Source of the DNA: a virus
Taxonomy: Duplodnaviria > Caudoviricetes
Direction: 5' to 3' (one strand)
Virus record (IMG/VR): IMGVR_UViG_3300008954_000001
DNA: 64,000 bases
Position numbers and translations under genes: made by a program. Under the pieces are notes generated by a model. It ran no database searches, was not told where the DNA came from, and saw nothing but the letters and a program-made list of their open reading frames with translations. Every line of letters starts with the position of its first letter. Position 1 is the stretch's first letter. Shown piece by piece: positions 1-9,112 of this stretch.

Positions 1-930
1 TTCCTTTTCAGGATCCGCCGTTAGTGCCGCCGACCATCGATGGTGTCCGTCCAAGATATACCCGTCACTACTCACCAAAATAGGGGAGTCGCCAGGATCC
101 CACTCCCCACGAGGATTGTTATCCCCTTCGAGGTATCCCTGCGCCATAGAATAGGTTTTCTTGGCTTTGATGTTCGCTTGTGTGGCCTTCAGCCTACCCA
201 CAGCCATTTGAGTGATGCCCGCTTCAGAGGTGTCCACATGCCCGTCTTTAGCCAGCCGATCAATGAACAGATCCATGGGAGATTTGTCGCTTTCGGGGTC
301 GGCCCCCGCTGCGATGGCGGCTTTGGCCTTCCTAACATCCTTGGGATCGTCGCTCCTGAGCATCTTCTTGATCGGCTCGTCCATAAGCTGTGGCATGGAA
401 GATCGGTCGATGCCCTTGTTCTGTGAACAGATAGGAGGCTTGATCTTACAAATGTCCGAAGCGTCCGTGATGCCCGACTGCAAGGTTTCAGCGATGTGGA
501 TCGCTCGTGCTAAATCGCCACGAGTCATTTCCTCATCTTCACCCGCCACAATGTCCATCTGATAGTTGGCTTTCAGGGCTGCGATGGCGGGGTGTTTGGC
601 GAAGTTTTTGTAGTCTTTCCTTGTGGGTGGGGTTTCGTCTTGGAAGTCTTCGGAGTTAGGGCTTTTCAGGCGGGAAATGCCGCCGGGCCGTGCTGGATGA
701 ACTTTGCCCTTGCCCTTGCCCTTGCCTTCGTCTTTTCCCTTACCTTTTTGAGCACTTTCAGACACGGAATGGAGGCTCTTGTCGGCCCCCGGATGGTCCT
801 TCAGATACTCATCCAACTCATCCTGTGAGCCGAATTCCTCACCCTTTTTGATGATGGGTAAAAGCACGTCCCGCATAGCGGGGTTCTTATGGGCTACCCT
901 GATTAGGGTTCTTCGACTGATATAGGGCAT
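1..930 (-). CDS. ParB/sulfiredoxin-like domain protein, runs off the left edge (partial)
   Basis: Not in the ORF track because there is no stop in the window. Manual translation from ATG 930 gives MPYISRRTLIRVAHKNPAMRDVLLPII...LKATQANI...PILVSSDGYILDGHHRWSAALTAD; ILDGHHRW is the ParB/Srx motif. Confidence 0.75.
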   Translation of the reverse strand, partial: MPYISRRTLIRVAHKNPAMRDVLLPIIKKGEEFGSQDELDEYLKDHPGADKSLHSVSESAQKGKGKDEGKGKGKGKVHPARPGGISRLKSPNSEDFQDETPPTRKDYKNFAKHPAIAALKANYQMDIVAGEDEEMTRGDLARAIHIAETLQSGITDASDICKIKPPICSQNKGIDRSSMPQLMDEPIKKMLRSDDPKDVRKAKAAIAAGADPESDKSPMDLFIDRLAKDGHVDTSEAGITQMAVGRLKATQANIKAKKTYSMAQGYLEGDNNPRGEWDPGDSPILVSSDGYILDGHHRWSAALTADPEKE

Positions 931-1001
931 CGCAAATCTCTCCTACCACGGCACGAGCGTCTACCGTTGGCAAGAGATAGCCAAACCATCGAAGCGGGGG
1001 T

Positions 1002-1445
1002 TTAGGACTGGCCGAAATCACCCATAAAGAGATCGTACTCCTCTTCCGAGCAAGCCTTGTCATAAACAGCAGCGAGATCGGGTGCTCCTTGGTGAAATAG
1101 GAGGTAAAGGAAGCGGTTGTGGATCTCTTCCAAGAGGCGAAATTGTGCGGGGCTAAACCGAACCATCGCTGGCATGGATCGGACAGGGGAGCTTGCATCT
1201 TCTTCCCCCCCAGACAGAGCACCAATAAGCTCATTGATCCGACCGAACGGAGTCTCTTTCATCGCCCACTTTTCCTCGTCCGTAGCCACAGAGTCCAAGT
1301 CAAACTCTTCCACGGAATGGCCCCCTTGAATGTGTCGCTGAATATGCTCTCGCATAAAGTGTAGGGCGTTCATCGTGGTTTCTCCTTCCATGTGCTTTAT
1401 CGGCTCGGCTTTATCAAGATCGGCAGTATCGTTGGTGTTCTTCAT
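1002..1445 (-). CDS. hypothetical protein
   Basis: Open frame; ATG 1445 with AAGGAAG upstream avoids the 190-nt overlap with the upstream gene. Confidence 0.55.
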   Translation of the reverse strand: MKNTNDTADLDKAEPIKHMEGETTMNALHFMREHIQRHIQGGHSVEEFDLDSVATDEEKWAMKETPFGRINELIGALSGGEEDASSPVRSMPAMVRFSPAQFRLLEEIHNRFLYLLFHQGAPDLAAVYDKACSEEEYDLFMGDFGQS

Positions 1446-1497
1446 TTCTTCCTTTACTGAATTTTCCACGGAATGGCCCCGTAAACTCTTTAGTTTC

Positions 1498-2256
1498 CTA
1501 AAAAGAGAACTTGCTTGGACTATCGCCTTCCTGAAGATGTTTCTCATCAACTGAAACCCACATGGCATCTTGAAGTCCTCTCCACCGTGGGGGACTGTGT
1601 TCTCCCACTTGTATAAGACGATACCCTCGTCTGTACTGTTCATCCCAGAGTTCATTGGCGGAAGAAGTAACCATTCTACGCTCACAGACAAGGATCAAAG
1701 GGATATCGTAGACTTTCGCAAACTCGGCCAGACCAACCTCACTGGTTCTTCCCAAGTTCAGACTCGGCCACGACAGGTAAAGGAAGTCGATTTTCTTTCG
1801 GTAGGCTTTCACCGCATCCAAGTAATCTAACACTGGAATTGGGCGAAACAAGCAGTCGGAAGCGGGGTTGACCTGAACGCCAATCCACTTCACCCCACGG
1901 TTGTTCATGGGCATCATCAAACTGCCCCGACCTGCACCGATTTCTAAAACGGTCTTACCACGGATCGCAGCCGCAAAGGTGTCCATCCAATCCGTCGTAC
2001 AAACTGTGCTGTGGACATTGGTGAAGAAAGCGTCTCGTGCGATGCGGTGCTCTTGCATGTCCAGAGCGTCCCTGATTTCTTCAAAGCGGGCTGTGGTGAG
2101 TTGGCCGATTGATCCCTTCTGGATCAACTCTCGAATAAGGTCTCTGGCTCGTTTGACACGTTGCTCTTTGTAGCCGCCTCGCCGCTCATAGCGGAGAAGA
2201 TAGTTCAACGCCTGCTTCCAACCATCCCTGTCATCAGTTTGGTTTATCATCGCCAT
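1498..2256 (-). CDS. class I SAM-dependent methyltransferase-like protein
   Basis: VLEIGAGRGSL motif I followed by WIGVQ and FLYLSWP. Confidence 0.7.
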   Translation of the reverse strand: MAMINQTDDRDGWKQALNYLLRYERRGGYKEQRVKRARDLIRELIQKGSIGQLTTARFEEIRDALDMQEHRIARDAFFTNVHSTVCTTDWMDTFAAAIRGKTVLEIGAGRGSLMMPMNNRGVKWIGVQVNPASDCLFRPIPVLDYLDAVKAYRKKIDFLYLSWPSLNLGRTSEVGLAEFAKVYDIPLILVCERRMVTSSANELWDEQYRRGYRLIQVGEHSPPRWRGLQDAMWVSVDEKHLQEGDSPSKFSF

Positions 2257-2497
2257 CGGATGCCGCCAATGAGGTCAGCGTGTCTATAAGCTCATCGCTG
2301 GTATCTTGGTCCTCTTGGCATTTCGTCAAGATCACCCCAGCCTCCCCCGGCTGCAATCCACGAGTTTCATAATCGACCTCTTCTACGATCTGCACGGCTT
2401 CCATGGGTAAGGCATCGAATACGCCCTCCATAGCAGTCTGGACATCTTCAGCCACGACTTTCATGCTGATCTTCAATTGAATCTCGAAGATTTTCAC
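2234..2497 (-). CDS. small acidic hypothetical protein
   Basis: GTG start with GAGAGG SD; overlaps next gene start. Confidence 0.55.
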   Translation of the reverse strand: MKIFEIQLKISMKVVAEDVQTAMEGVFDALPMEAVQIVEEVDYETRGLQPGEAGVILTKCQEDQDTSDELIDTLTSLAASDGDDKPN

Positions 2498-2663
2498 GGT
2501 GCCACCTCTCAGTGTTCACATATGCAAAGCTATAGACGGCTAAATGACGAAGGCCCTACCCTGACCATTTTCACTCGAATTGCGTATTAGAGACACCTAC
2601 GGCTATTTCGTGGGTACTATGGCTCGACCCAAACGGGTAAATAGACTTCATAAGGAGAATGCA

Positions 2664-2858
2664 ATGAGCATCGAGACCGAACTTCAGAGTATTGTGAATA
2701 CCCTCACCACAGCCATTACGGACGCAAATAAGTTCGATAGTGGTAATGCCAGTGCTGGCACTCGTGTCCGTAAGGCGGCCATGGAAGCCACTAAGGGCTT
2801 GAAGGCTCTTCGGACGACTGTGACTGAGACCAAGAACGCCCGCACGAACGGGAACTAA
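2664..2858 (+). CDS. histone H1-like nucleoid protein (Hc1 family)
   Basis: SD TAAGGAG at 2651-2657; DANKFDSGNASAGTRVRKA...LR matches the Hc1 GNxxAGTRxRK signature. Confidence 0.75.
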   Translation: MSIETELQSIVNTLTTAITDANKFDSGNASAGTRVRKAAMEATKGLKALRTTVTETKNARTNGN

Positions 2859-2882
2859 TCTCGGTTACCGTAAGGTAAATTC

Positions 2883-2923
2883 AAAAACCCCCCACACCCT
2901 CTTATGGGTGTGGGGGGTTTTTT
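2883..2923. terminator. bidirectional intrinsic terminator
   Basis: AAAAACCCCCCACACCC-TCTTAT-GGGTGTGGGGGGTTTTTT between convergent genes. Confidence 0.85.
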
Positions 2924-3061
2924 CTCGAAAAGCGGTGGTAGGGTATCCTCACTCGACCACACAATGCCGCCAGCAGCTACGCTGACCTACCCTACGGCCC
3001 CGTCCCACAACCTCCGATCCGCTCTCGGTTTTGGCCTTCCGAAAGAACCACGGACACCTGA

Positions 3062-3514
3062 TTAGCTAATAGCCTCCTCCATAGGGAGTTTATCCTTTTT
3101 CGCCTCATAATGGTGAGCATCTAAAACGACGACCACCCCGGCATAACGGCGGCGCATGTCTCGTACCAACGATTTGGCGGGGCCGACACCCATCCCATGA
3201 AAATGTGGATTCACCGGGAGTTGTTGATCATAGCCTTGACTATGAAGGTACACCAAAGGCCGTGGCCCAAGCTCTCCTTCTTCAGCCCCTTTTGACACAG
3301 AGATATACCAGCGAAAACAAAGCTCTTGCTTCAAGATTTCGTACAGTTCTGGTCCACCAAAACTATGTTCGATGTCCTCTTTGACGCAACAAACAGGCTT
3401 ACCTCCCACCCATTCTTGAATCGTTTGGTGGAATTGATCCATTCGGATTGGCCGCTTCTCTGGCACCCCGTCTAATGGATATACAACAGCTTCAATATAC
3501 TTTGGCTTTCCCAT
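3062..3514 (-). CDS. DUF3846-like protein (paralog 1)
   Basis: IEAVVYPLDGVPEKR...IQEWVGG...LPVNPHF, similar to the two neighbours. Confidence 0.55.
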   Translation of the reverse strand: MGKPKYIEAVVYPLDGVPEKRPIRMDQFHQTIQEWVGGKPVCCVKEDIEHSFGGPELYEILKQELCFRWYISVSKGAEEGELGPRPLVYLHSQGYDQQLPVNPHFHGMGVGPAKSLVRDMRRRYAGVVVVLDAHHYEAKKDKLPMEEAIS

Positions 3515-3563
3515 GTTTTACCCCTTCTAAAATGTTCTGAAAGGGTTACTGAAAGCTATCGGA

Positions 3564-3959
3564 TCAAGTCGGGTTTAGGTGGGCATTATCTACCAGCACG
3601 ATATTCCCACGCCACAGCTTGAAGTGTTCGTTGTGGGACAGTTCTGGAAATGGGGTCAGGCCAAAGCTCTCCCAAGCCTCTTGATCTCGGCGCAGAGCAT
3701 CCTCATTCACAAAGACCAGCGGTTGACCTACCTCAGAAATCTGCCAATCGGTAAGCGCAACCTGTAAGACATCAAGGTAGTAGGTTGGGTGACCACTACG
3801 ATCCCGACTGTATATCCAGTGGTTCAGTTCTTGATGCTCTTGGCACTCAAACGGCCCCCCTACCCATCTCTTTATCGTGGTTCTCCACGCTTCCAGATGG
3901 AGGAGACGTTTCTCTGGTTCTCCAGAGATCGGATAAACAACCGCTTCAATCTGTTCCAT
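3564..3959 (-). CDS. DUF3846-like protein (paralog 2)
   Basis: IEAVVYPISGEPEKR...IKRWVGG...VFVNED...NEHF. Confidence 0.55.
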   Translation of the reverse strand: MEQIEAVVYPISGEPEKRLLHLEAWRTTIKRWVGGPFECQEHQELNHWIYSRDRSGHPTYYLDVLQVALTDWQISEVGQPLVFVNEDALRRDQEAWESFGLTPFPELSHNEHFKLWRGNIVLVDNAHLNPT

Positions 3960-4012
3960 GGCCCACCCCTTGATTTCTCAATAGGAGACCATACCCTCGA
4001 CGAAGAGTGTGA

Positions 4013-4285
4013 TTAGGACACCGATGCCTCAATTGAGGTGTGGAAACCTTCAATCTCCCAGACTTGGACAGCAGCCGCAACCGCAGCATCCATGGTATCA
4101 AACCGCAAGGAATCCGAGTTCTCCCACCCCTCGACCACATCAACCTTTCCGGGAGGCCATGCACGTGACCACTCTGGATCAATGTTGGACACAAACTCGT
4201 TCGTGCCTCCGATGCGGATGGTGAAGGGACCGTTCTCACGGTCTCCCTCATGGAAGGTAACGCCAGTATCCTCGAATCGTGCCAT
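4013..4285 (-). CDS. hypothetical protein
   Basis: GAGGAG SD; fits the minus-strand operon. Confidence 0.6.
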   Translation of the reverse strand: MARFEDTGVTFHEGDRENGPFTIRIGGTNEFVSNIDPEWSRAWPPGKVDVVEGWENSDSLRFDTMDAAVAAAVQVWEIEGFHTSIEASVS

Positions 4286-4305
4286 GATAATCTCCTCAGG
4301 GATGT

Positions 4306-4608
4306 TTACTTGAAGTGCTTGTCGCTGATCACGACAACGGTTCCGACAAAAGCGGGGAAATGGGGGTTTTTCGGAAGGTTGTAAAGCAGACCTTCTTCGT
4401 TCACCAGCCCCATAGGGTGCTTCATCTTCGCCCCAAATGCCGCCAGTAGCCGTGTAAGGTCCGTTTGGCCGTATTGGTTGTGGAGGTTCACGGGTTCAAT
4501 CAAGCCCCCGACCAAACGCTGTAGTGAGGGAAGCTCGGCCCCCTTGAGGATCGTTTCCTTGAACACTTTCCCCTTTGCGGGGAATACAACGACTTCAAAA
4601 CCTTCCAT
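4306..4608 (-). CDS. DUF3846 family protein (paralog 3)
   Basis: LPSLQRLVGGLIEPV...LVNEEGLLYNLPKNPHF is the LQxxVGGxIE / NEEG..LPxN signature; ATG 4608. Confidence 0.7.
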   Translation of the reverse strand: MEGFEVVVFPAKGKVFKETILKGAELPSLQRLVGGLIEPVNLHNQYGQTDLTRLLAAFGAKMKHPMGLVNEEGLLYNLPKNPHFPAFVGTVVVISDKHFK

Positions 4609-4610
4609 GA

Positions 4611-5099
4611 CTATGCCTTTTCTAAAATCCACCGTTTGCGTACTACGCAATGGCGGAGAGAGAATTTCTGTTTGGTGTTGATTGGCTCAACGATCTCCCG
4701 TTCCACAAAAGCCAACTCACCTGTTTCGATGTTGCGAATGAGGGCCATACCACTCACAGGGTTGCCATAGCTCAAACCTCGTGGGGCTACTCTGGCTCGT
4801 TCCAACAGGTACACGCTGGCTGTTAGAGGCACGGGCTTGGCCTTGGGGGGTAGCTTCGGCTCTCCCGCACTGTCTATGCCTCGGTTTCCCGGCTGTGCGT
4901 ACCACTCTTGTCGTTCTGCATCGGTCATGGGGAACTTGCCACACAGGACATTATCCTCTGGATTCTCAGCAAGAGGTCTTTGCACATGGGAGGTCCGAAG
5001 CATGACAGTTCGTTCGTTGAATCCTGTGATTAGTGCTGATGGCTTGATTCGGACCAAATTGCCTTTCTTCATATTATCTCCATGAACAGGTTGTGACAT
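4611..5099 (-). CDS. hypothetical protein
   Basis: First gene after promoter motif 5141-5172. Confidence 0.6.
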   Translation of the reverse strand: MSQPVHGDNMKKGNLVRIKPSALITGFNERTVMLRTSHVQRPLAENPEDNVLCGKFPMTDAERQEWYAQPGNRGIDSAGEPKLPPKAKPVPLTASVYLLERARVAPRGLSYGNPVSGMALIRNIETGELAFVEREIVEPINTKQKFSLRHCVVRKRWILEKA

Positions 5100-5140
5100 C
5101 TTTCGAGTCCCTAAAGGATTAGTGCTACCGCAAGGTAGTT

Positions 5141-5172
5141 ATTTTACCGACATAGGGGCAAATCAGCCCCCC
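5141..5172 (-). promoter_or_regulatory. phage early-type promoter motif
   Basis: GGGGGGCTGAT-N11-TCGGTAAAAT on minus strand. Confidence 0.8.
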
Positions 5173-5564
5173 ACAGTTTGAAGTTTTTGAATCAGAGTTT
5201 CGAGAAAGATGCTCTCAATGGAGACATTTTTAGCCGCTCCGTAGGCGTGGATAGCTCCGTAACCATAAAACAGGTTGTGGTTGGCCCACCCTTTCGGTGG
5301 ATCAATGGCTTCCAGTTCAAGGTGTGTTCGACACAAGTTGACCAGCGTAAGTAGCTTCTCACGGCGTTTACGGCGGCGTTCCCCGCCCCATGTGCCAGCG
5401 TTTACCGCCACGGTACAACTTGCCATCCAGCGGTATTCCTTTTGAAGCTCACCTTGGAGTCGTTCAAGGAGGCTGATCATTACCTCAAATACATGAGGGG
5501 TGGAGGCTTGGGCAGGAATCCCCTGTCCTGCGTATAGTGCTCGTTTGATCTTTTTCGGTCCCAT
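5163..5564 (-). CDS. hypothetical protein
   Basis: GGAGG SD; ends ...GG-stop inside the next promoter motif. Confidence 0.65.
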   Translation of the reverse strand: MGPKKIKRALYAGQGIPAQASTPHVFEVMISLLERLQGELQKEYRWMASCTVAVNAGTWGGERRRKRREKLLTLVNLCRTHLELEAIDPPKGWANHNLFYGYGAIHAYGAAKNVSIESIFLETLIQKLQTVGG

Positions 5565-5724
5565 GATGCCTCCAAAAGAATCCCCGAAGGGGGAGGGCCT
5601 TACACCCTCTCGCTTACCTATAGCTTGGGTTACTCACGCAGTTTCTTACTCCCCCAAGGGAGCGGAATTCTCTAACTCTATGCGCTCAGAATCTACACGA
5701 TTGGTAAGAACCCTCGATTCATTT

Positions 5725-5757
5725 AGTCTACCGATGGGAGGGTAAATCAGCCCCCCC
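5725..5757 (-). promoter_or_regulatory. phage early-type promoter motif
   Basis: GGGGGGGCTGAT-N11-TCGGTAGACT. Confidence 0.8.
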
Positions 5758-5759
5758 TT

Positions 5760-6060
5760 GGAGCCGTATGACAGACTTTCTCCGTGGGAAGCTGTTTCCA
5801 GCCTTTAGCCCCTCTCAGTGTTTCGCTCGATGCAATCCGAGTTTCCACGCTGGTCCTGACTTCGGTGTTTCCACCGCCCACTTTGAAAGAACGCCCTGTT
5901 TCGGTCTTCGGGTTGACCCCCCTGTCCGTAAGCGGGATACGCACCTGTATGGCCCGGTAGTCTCCTCCTCGCTTAAGGTCGAGGTAGTCCTGTAAGGGGA
6001 ACCACCGATTTGCGGTCAGTGTTTCCAGCGGTCCCGTTTGGGAGGGCCTTCATTCCTCTT
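5760..6060 (-). ncRNA. candidate structured RNA (or two very small ORFs)
   Basis: Lies between two promoter motifs; four TGGAAAC copies, two in perfect GAAA-tetraloop hairpins. Confidence 0.3.
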
Positions 6061-6066
6061 ACATTT

Positions 6067-6099
6067 GGTCTACCGAGGGAAACCCCAATTAGCCCCCCC
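6067..6099 (-). promoter_or_regulatory. phage early-type promoter motif
   Basis: GGGGGGGCTAAT-N11-TCGGTAGACC. Confidence 0.8.
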
Positions 6100-6135
6100 T
6101 ACAGCGTTTTTTCGTATGCTGCTTTATTACTATAA

Positions 6136-6168
6136 GGGGGGGCTGTTTTCCCTATGGGTCGGTAGTCT
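6136..6168 (+). promoter_or_regulatory. phage early-type promoter motif (divergent partner of 6067-6099)
   Basis: GGGGGGGCTGTT-N11-TCGGTAGTCT. Confidence 0.75.
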
Positions 6169-6172
6169 GAAC

Positions 6173-6937
6173 ATGGAACAGAGAACTATCATATTTGGCG
6201 ATGTTCACGGCATGTCCGTGGAACTCAAAGCCTTGGTGGAAACCGTGGCTCCCACTTCGAGCGATACGCTCGTGTTCGTGGGGGACTTGGTGGACAAAGG
6301 GCCAGAGAGTGCCGAGACAGTACGCATGGTTCGGGAAATGTCCGAGCGATTCAATGTGGTTGTGGTTGAAGGCAACCATGAGGAAAAGCACAAGCGATTC
6401 CGAAAGCATGTTGCGAACGCTTCAGGCGTAGCCGACACCATGAAGGGTGCCGAGGAAATGAAAACGATAACCGAGGGCTTGGAGCCTGAGGATGTGGCCT
6501 TCATGGACTCCTTCGTACCTTTCCACAAGGTTGCGGATCACAATGTCTTGGTGGTTCACGCTGGCATAACGGGAGATATGGCCGAGTTCCCCGCTACGGT
6601 GGAGGATGTTCAGGCTATGTCGAACAAGAAGCGGAAGTCCTTCTTCAAGGTCTTGCGAACCCGATTCGTAAACGCTGAAACGGGCAAGTTCGTTTCTCTC
6701 GGTGAGAACACTGAGGCTGACCCTTTTTGGGCTGATGTGTACGACGGACGGTTCGGCCATGTTGTGTTCGGCCACGAACCCTTCATGGACGGCGTACAGC
6801 AGTTCCCACACGCTACTGGCGTGGATACGGGTGCTGTGTTCGGCGGGAGCTTGACCGCTATGGTCTTGGACGGAGACGAGCGAACCTTCGTGTCTGTGCC
6901 GAGCCGAGGCAAGTTCTGCAAACAGTTCGGTGAATAA
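6173..6937 (+). CDS. calcineurin-like metallophosphoesterase (PPP/ApaH/PrpA-like)
   Basis: GDVHG, GDLVDKG, GNHE, HAG, GH, DTG motifs; ATG 6173. Confidence 0.9.
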   Translation: MEQRTIIFGDVHGMSVELKALVETVAPTSSDTLVFVGDLVDKGPESAETVRMVREMSERFNVVVVEGNHEEKHKRFRKHVANASGVADTMKGAEEMKTITEGLEPEDVAFMDSFVPFHKVADHNVLVVHAGITGDMAEFPATVEDVQAMSNKKRKSFFKVLRTRFVNAETGKFVSLGENTEADPFWADVYDGRFGHVVFGHEPFMDGVQQFPHATGVDTGAVFGGSLTAMVLDGDERTFVSVPSRGKFCKQFGE

Positions 6938-6943
6938 CCCGAT

Positions 6944-6977
6944 GGGGGGGGCTAATTCCCTCCCCTATCGGTAATCT
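6944..6977 (+). promoter_or_regulatory. phage early-type promoter motif
   Basis: GGGGGGGGCTAAT-N11-TCGGTAATCT. Confidence 0.8.
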
Positions 6978-7034
6978 GAAGGTAAGGGGAATACACCCCA
7001 CGGATACTAAGGTCATAGACCCAAGGAAACGAAA

Positions 7035-7412
7035 ATGGCTACACGATCAAATGTTGGATATGTAAAGGCAAACGGGAGCATTAGCGCAGTCTATTGTCAC
7101 TGGGACGGATACCCCTCCCACATGGTTTCGGCCATCGAGGGTTTTATCTCTAACTTCGGCGTAAAGAAGTTCATGTCCGAGGTCCGTAGGGCGCAACGAC
7201 AGTGCGGTTTCCGTTCACTGGACTCCAGCGAGTTTGAAACCTACGGCGATATGCGTGATGAGCGGTCTGAGGGCGACGAATGGAAGCAAACGGATCGCAC
7301 AAGGCTGGACAACTGTTACGCCTATCTGGTGGACTCTCGCACAGGTGAGATCGCTGAGTTCTACGAGTTCGGCCAACGAGCTTCGTTAGAGGCGATGCGA
7401 GAGGAAGCGTGA
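7035..7412 (+). CDS. conserved phage hypothetical protein (MxTRS...YCHWDGYP type)
   Basis: MATRSNVG...VYCHWDGYP motif; AAGGA SD. Confidence 0.7.
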   Translation: MATRSNVGYVKANGSISAVYCHWDGYPSHMVSAIEGFISNFGVKKFMSEVRRAQRQCGFRSLDSSEFETYGDMRDERSEGDEWKQTDRTRLDNCYAYLVDSRTGEIAEFYEFGQRASLEAMREEA

Positions 7413-7699
7413 TGGAGCGGCCATGGGAAGGCGAATGCCACCGATGCGGCACGGCATCCTCGATCCATATTATGTCTATGCTCAACACACAGTTGATTTG
7501 CATGGACTGTAAGGACCAAGAGACCAAACTACCGCAATACGAAAAGGCCGTGGAAGCCGATGTCAAAGCGTATAAGGAACGGGTAACGGCTCAAAACAAG
7601 AGCACCACCGATGCCATGAAAGCGAAAGCCCATTGGGACCAGATGCGTCGAGGCCGATGGCACGACTCTCTGACCGACTGCTACAAGGAAACCCCATGA
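7409..7699 (+). CDS. zinc-ribbon hypothetical protein
   Basis: CHRC and CMDC pairs; ATGA coupling on both sides. Confidence 0.65.
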   Translation: MMERPWEGECHRCGTASSIHIMSMLNTQLICMDCKDQETKLPQYEKAVEADVKAYKERVTAQNKSTTDAMKAKAHWDQMRRGRWHDSLTDCYKETP

Positions 7700-8349
7700 C
7701 CGAACAAACCCCTTTGGGGGCCATCAAGAGTTACTTGGAACAGCTTGCATGTATGCAAGCCAGCCACAACTTCAAGGGCGACCCACAGTTCAACTACACC
7801 TCAACCGAGGACTTCGTATTGGATCGAGGCGAGCCTCAACCAAAGTCAGCCCCGTTGACCGAAGAACAGCTTGAGTACCTGTTGAAAGTAGCTGGCCGCT
7901 GTGCGGGGGTTCCGTTTGAGCCAAAACAATGCTTCCAGAACGCTATGGTGCTTACGGCGGCGGATCACGAAGACCGTATTTGGTATGTCGAAGGCTACTG
8001 TCTTTCAGGGGCGATCCCTGTCCACCATGCGTGGGTTGAGCTTGACGGGAAGCTGGTTGACCTGACCCGCTCTCTGCGAGGCAGGGAAGCCGTGGATGAG
8101 TTTATGGCTGGCAAGCCCCCACAAGAGGATCTGCTGGATCGTGTGTTGGGCGAGATCCCTAAAGATTGGATGTACCTCGGAATCAAGTTCCCTGTCGAGG
8201 CAGTGCGGTCGTATATGTTTGAACACGAAGAAACCAACGCCTTGATCGGCAACTACAAACTTGGCTTCGACATCTTCAAGAAGGAACGCAACACACCACG
8301 AGATCGGGACGTGTGGGACAACCTTATGAGCAGGGCTGAAACGGCTTAG
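7696..8349 (+). CDS. transglutaminase/papain-like fold protein
   Basis: QCFQNA...YVEGY...HHAWV...VDLT gives a Cys-His-Asp arrangement; ATG 7696. Confidence 0.6.
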   Translation: MTEQTPLGAIKSYLEQLACMQASHNFKGDPQFNYTSTEDFVLDRGEPQPKSAPLTEEQLEYLLKVAGRCAGVPFEPKQCFQNAMVLTAADHEDRIWYVEGYCLSGAIPVHHAWVELDGKLVDLTRSLRGREAVDEFMAGKPPQEDLLDRVLGEIPKDWMYLGIKFPVEAVRSYMFEHEETNALIGNYKLGFDIFKKERNTPRDRDVWDNLMSRAETA

Positions 8350-8669
8350 TGTTCGTCAGGTGGGTTCCGAGAGAGCCAGAAGGCTCGATCTTCGGTCATC
8401 TTTTCCCGTAAGGCCGTTAGGTTGTCGTTGATCTTATCAAACGCTCTGACAGTCTCGTGAGAGAACTCGGTCATCTTCTCTACAATGTCTGAGTGGATCT
8501 TCTCCCGCATCACCAAGAAATCTTTGGTCTGTTCTTCATGTCGCTCTTCCATACGCTCGATCTGCGATTGGTGTCGCTTCTCGGTAGTGCGCTCACGCCA
8601 CATCAAGGAGAGCGTCCACATACCAAGAACCCCGTACTCAACGATTTTTGATATGAATGATTCGTCCAT
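8346..8669 (-). CDS. small membrane protein (single N-terminal TM plus coiled coil), possibly holin-like
   Basis: IVEYGVLGMWTLSLMW followed by a charged coil. Confidence 0.5.
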   Translation of the reverse strand: MDESFISKIVEYGVLGMWTLSLMWRERTTEKRHQSQIERMEERHEEQTKDFLVMREKIHSDIVEKMTEFSHETVRAFDKINDNLTALREKMTEDRAFWLSRNPPDEH

Positions 8670-9112
8670 TAGCCTTGCCTCTTCACATTGGTCTTTCGAC
8701 CACCCTTGATGTAACGGTCGGCCACACGCTTGATCGCTGCGACTCGGTAGGCCGACCCGATCTTGTACTTCTTATCGTTTTCGAGAGAGAAGTTGCGACC
8801 CTTACCAGGAATCGGTGCTCGTTCCCGAAGATTAGGCTCTGATCCCAATTCCCCCGCCGTTTGGCGGTCATACAACTCCCTAAAGATTTGACCTGAAAAG
8901 TTGGCCTGAACCTGACCATCCTCAATGGGTGCGTAGATGTGCTTCTCATCGGGTGGGTACTCAATAGGGCCATCGGCCTCCAACCCAATCAGGGAGGCAT
9001 CCCATGAGTACGCTTGAAGCACTCGCTTTATGGATGGTTTTTCTTTGCCCATACACCGCTCTCCGGTTCGCTTTAGGGGACTCATAGGCAATTTAGTGAG
9101 TCCAGCCCCCAA
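8669..9112 (-). CDS. hypothetical protein carrying RVAxRY tag
   Basis: C-terminal AIKRVADRY. Confidence 0.6.
   Translation of the reverse strand: MGAGLTKLPMSPLKRTGERCMGKEKPSIKRVLQAYSWDASLIGLEADGPIEYPPDEKHIYAPIEDGQVQANFSGQIFRELYDRQTAGELGSEPNLRERAPIPGKGRNFSLENDKKYKIGSAYRVAAIKRVADRYIKGGRKTNVKRQG

Noticed and set aside
1308-1480. 17-bp direct repeat TTCCACGGAATGGCCCC (1308-1324, 1464-1480)
   Set aside because: Two copies only, no transposase or integrase; no function supportable
5761-5790. GAGCCGTATG resembles the start of group II intron domain V
   Set aside because: No complementary 3' strand, no domain VI, no RT, no interrupted gene
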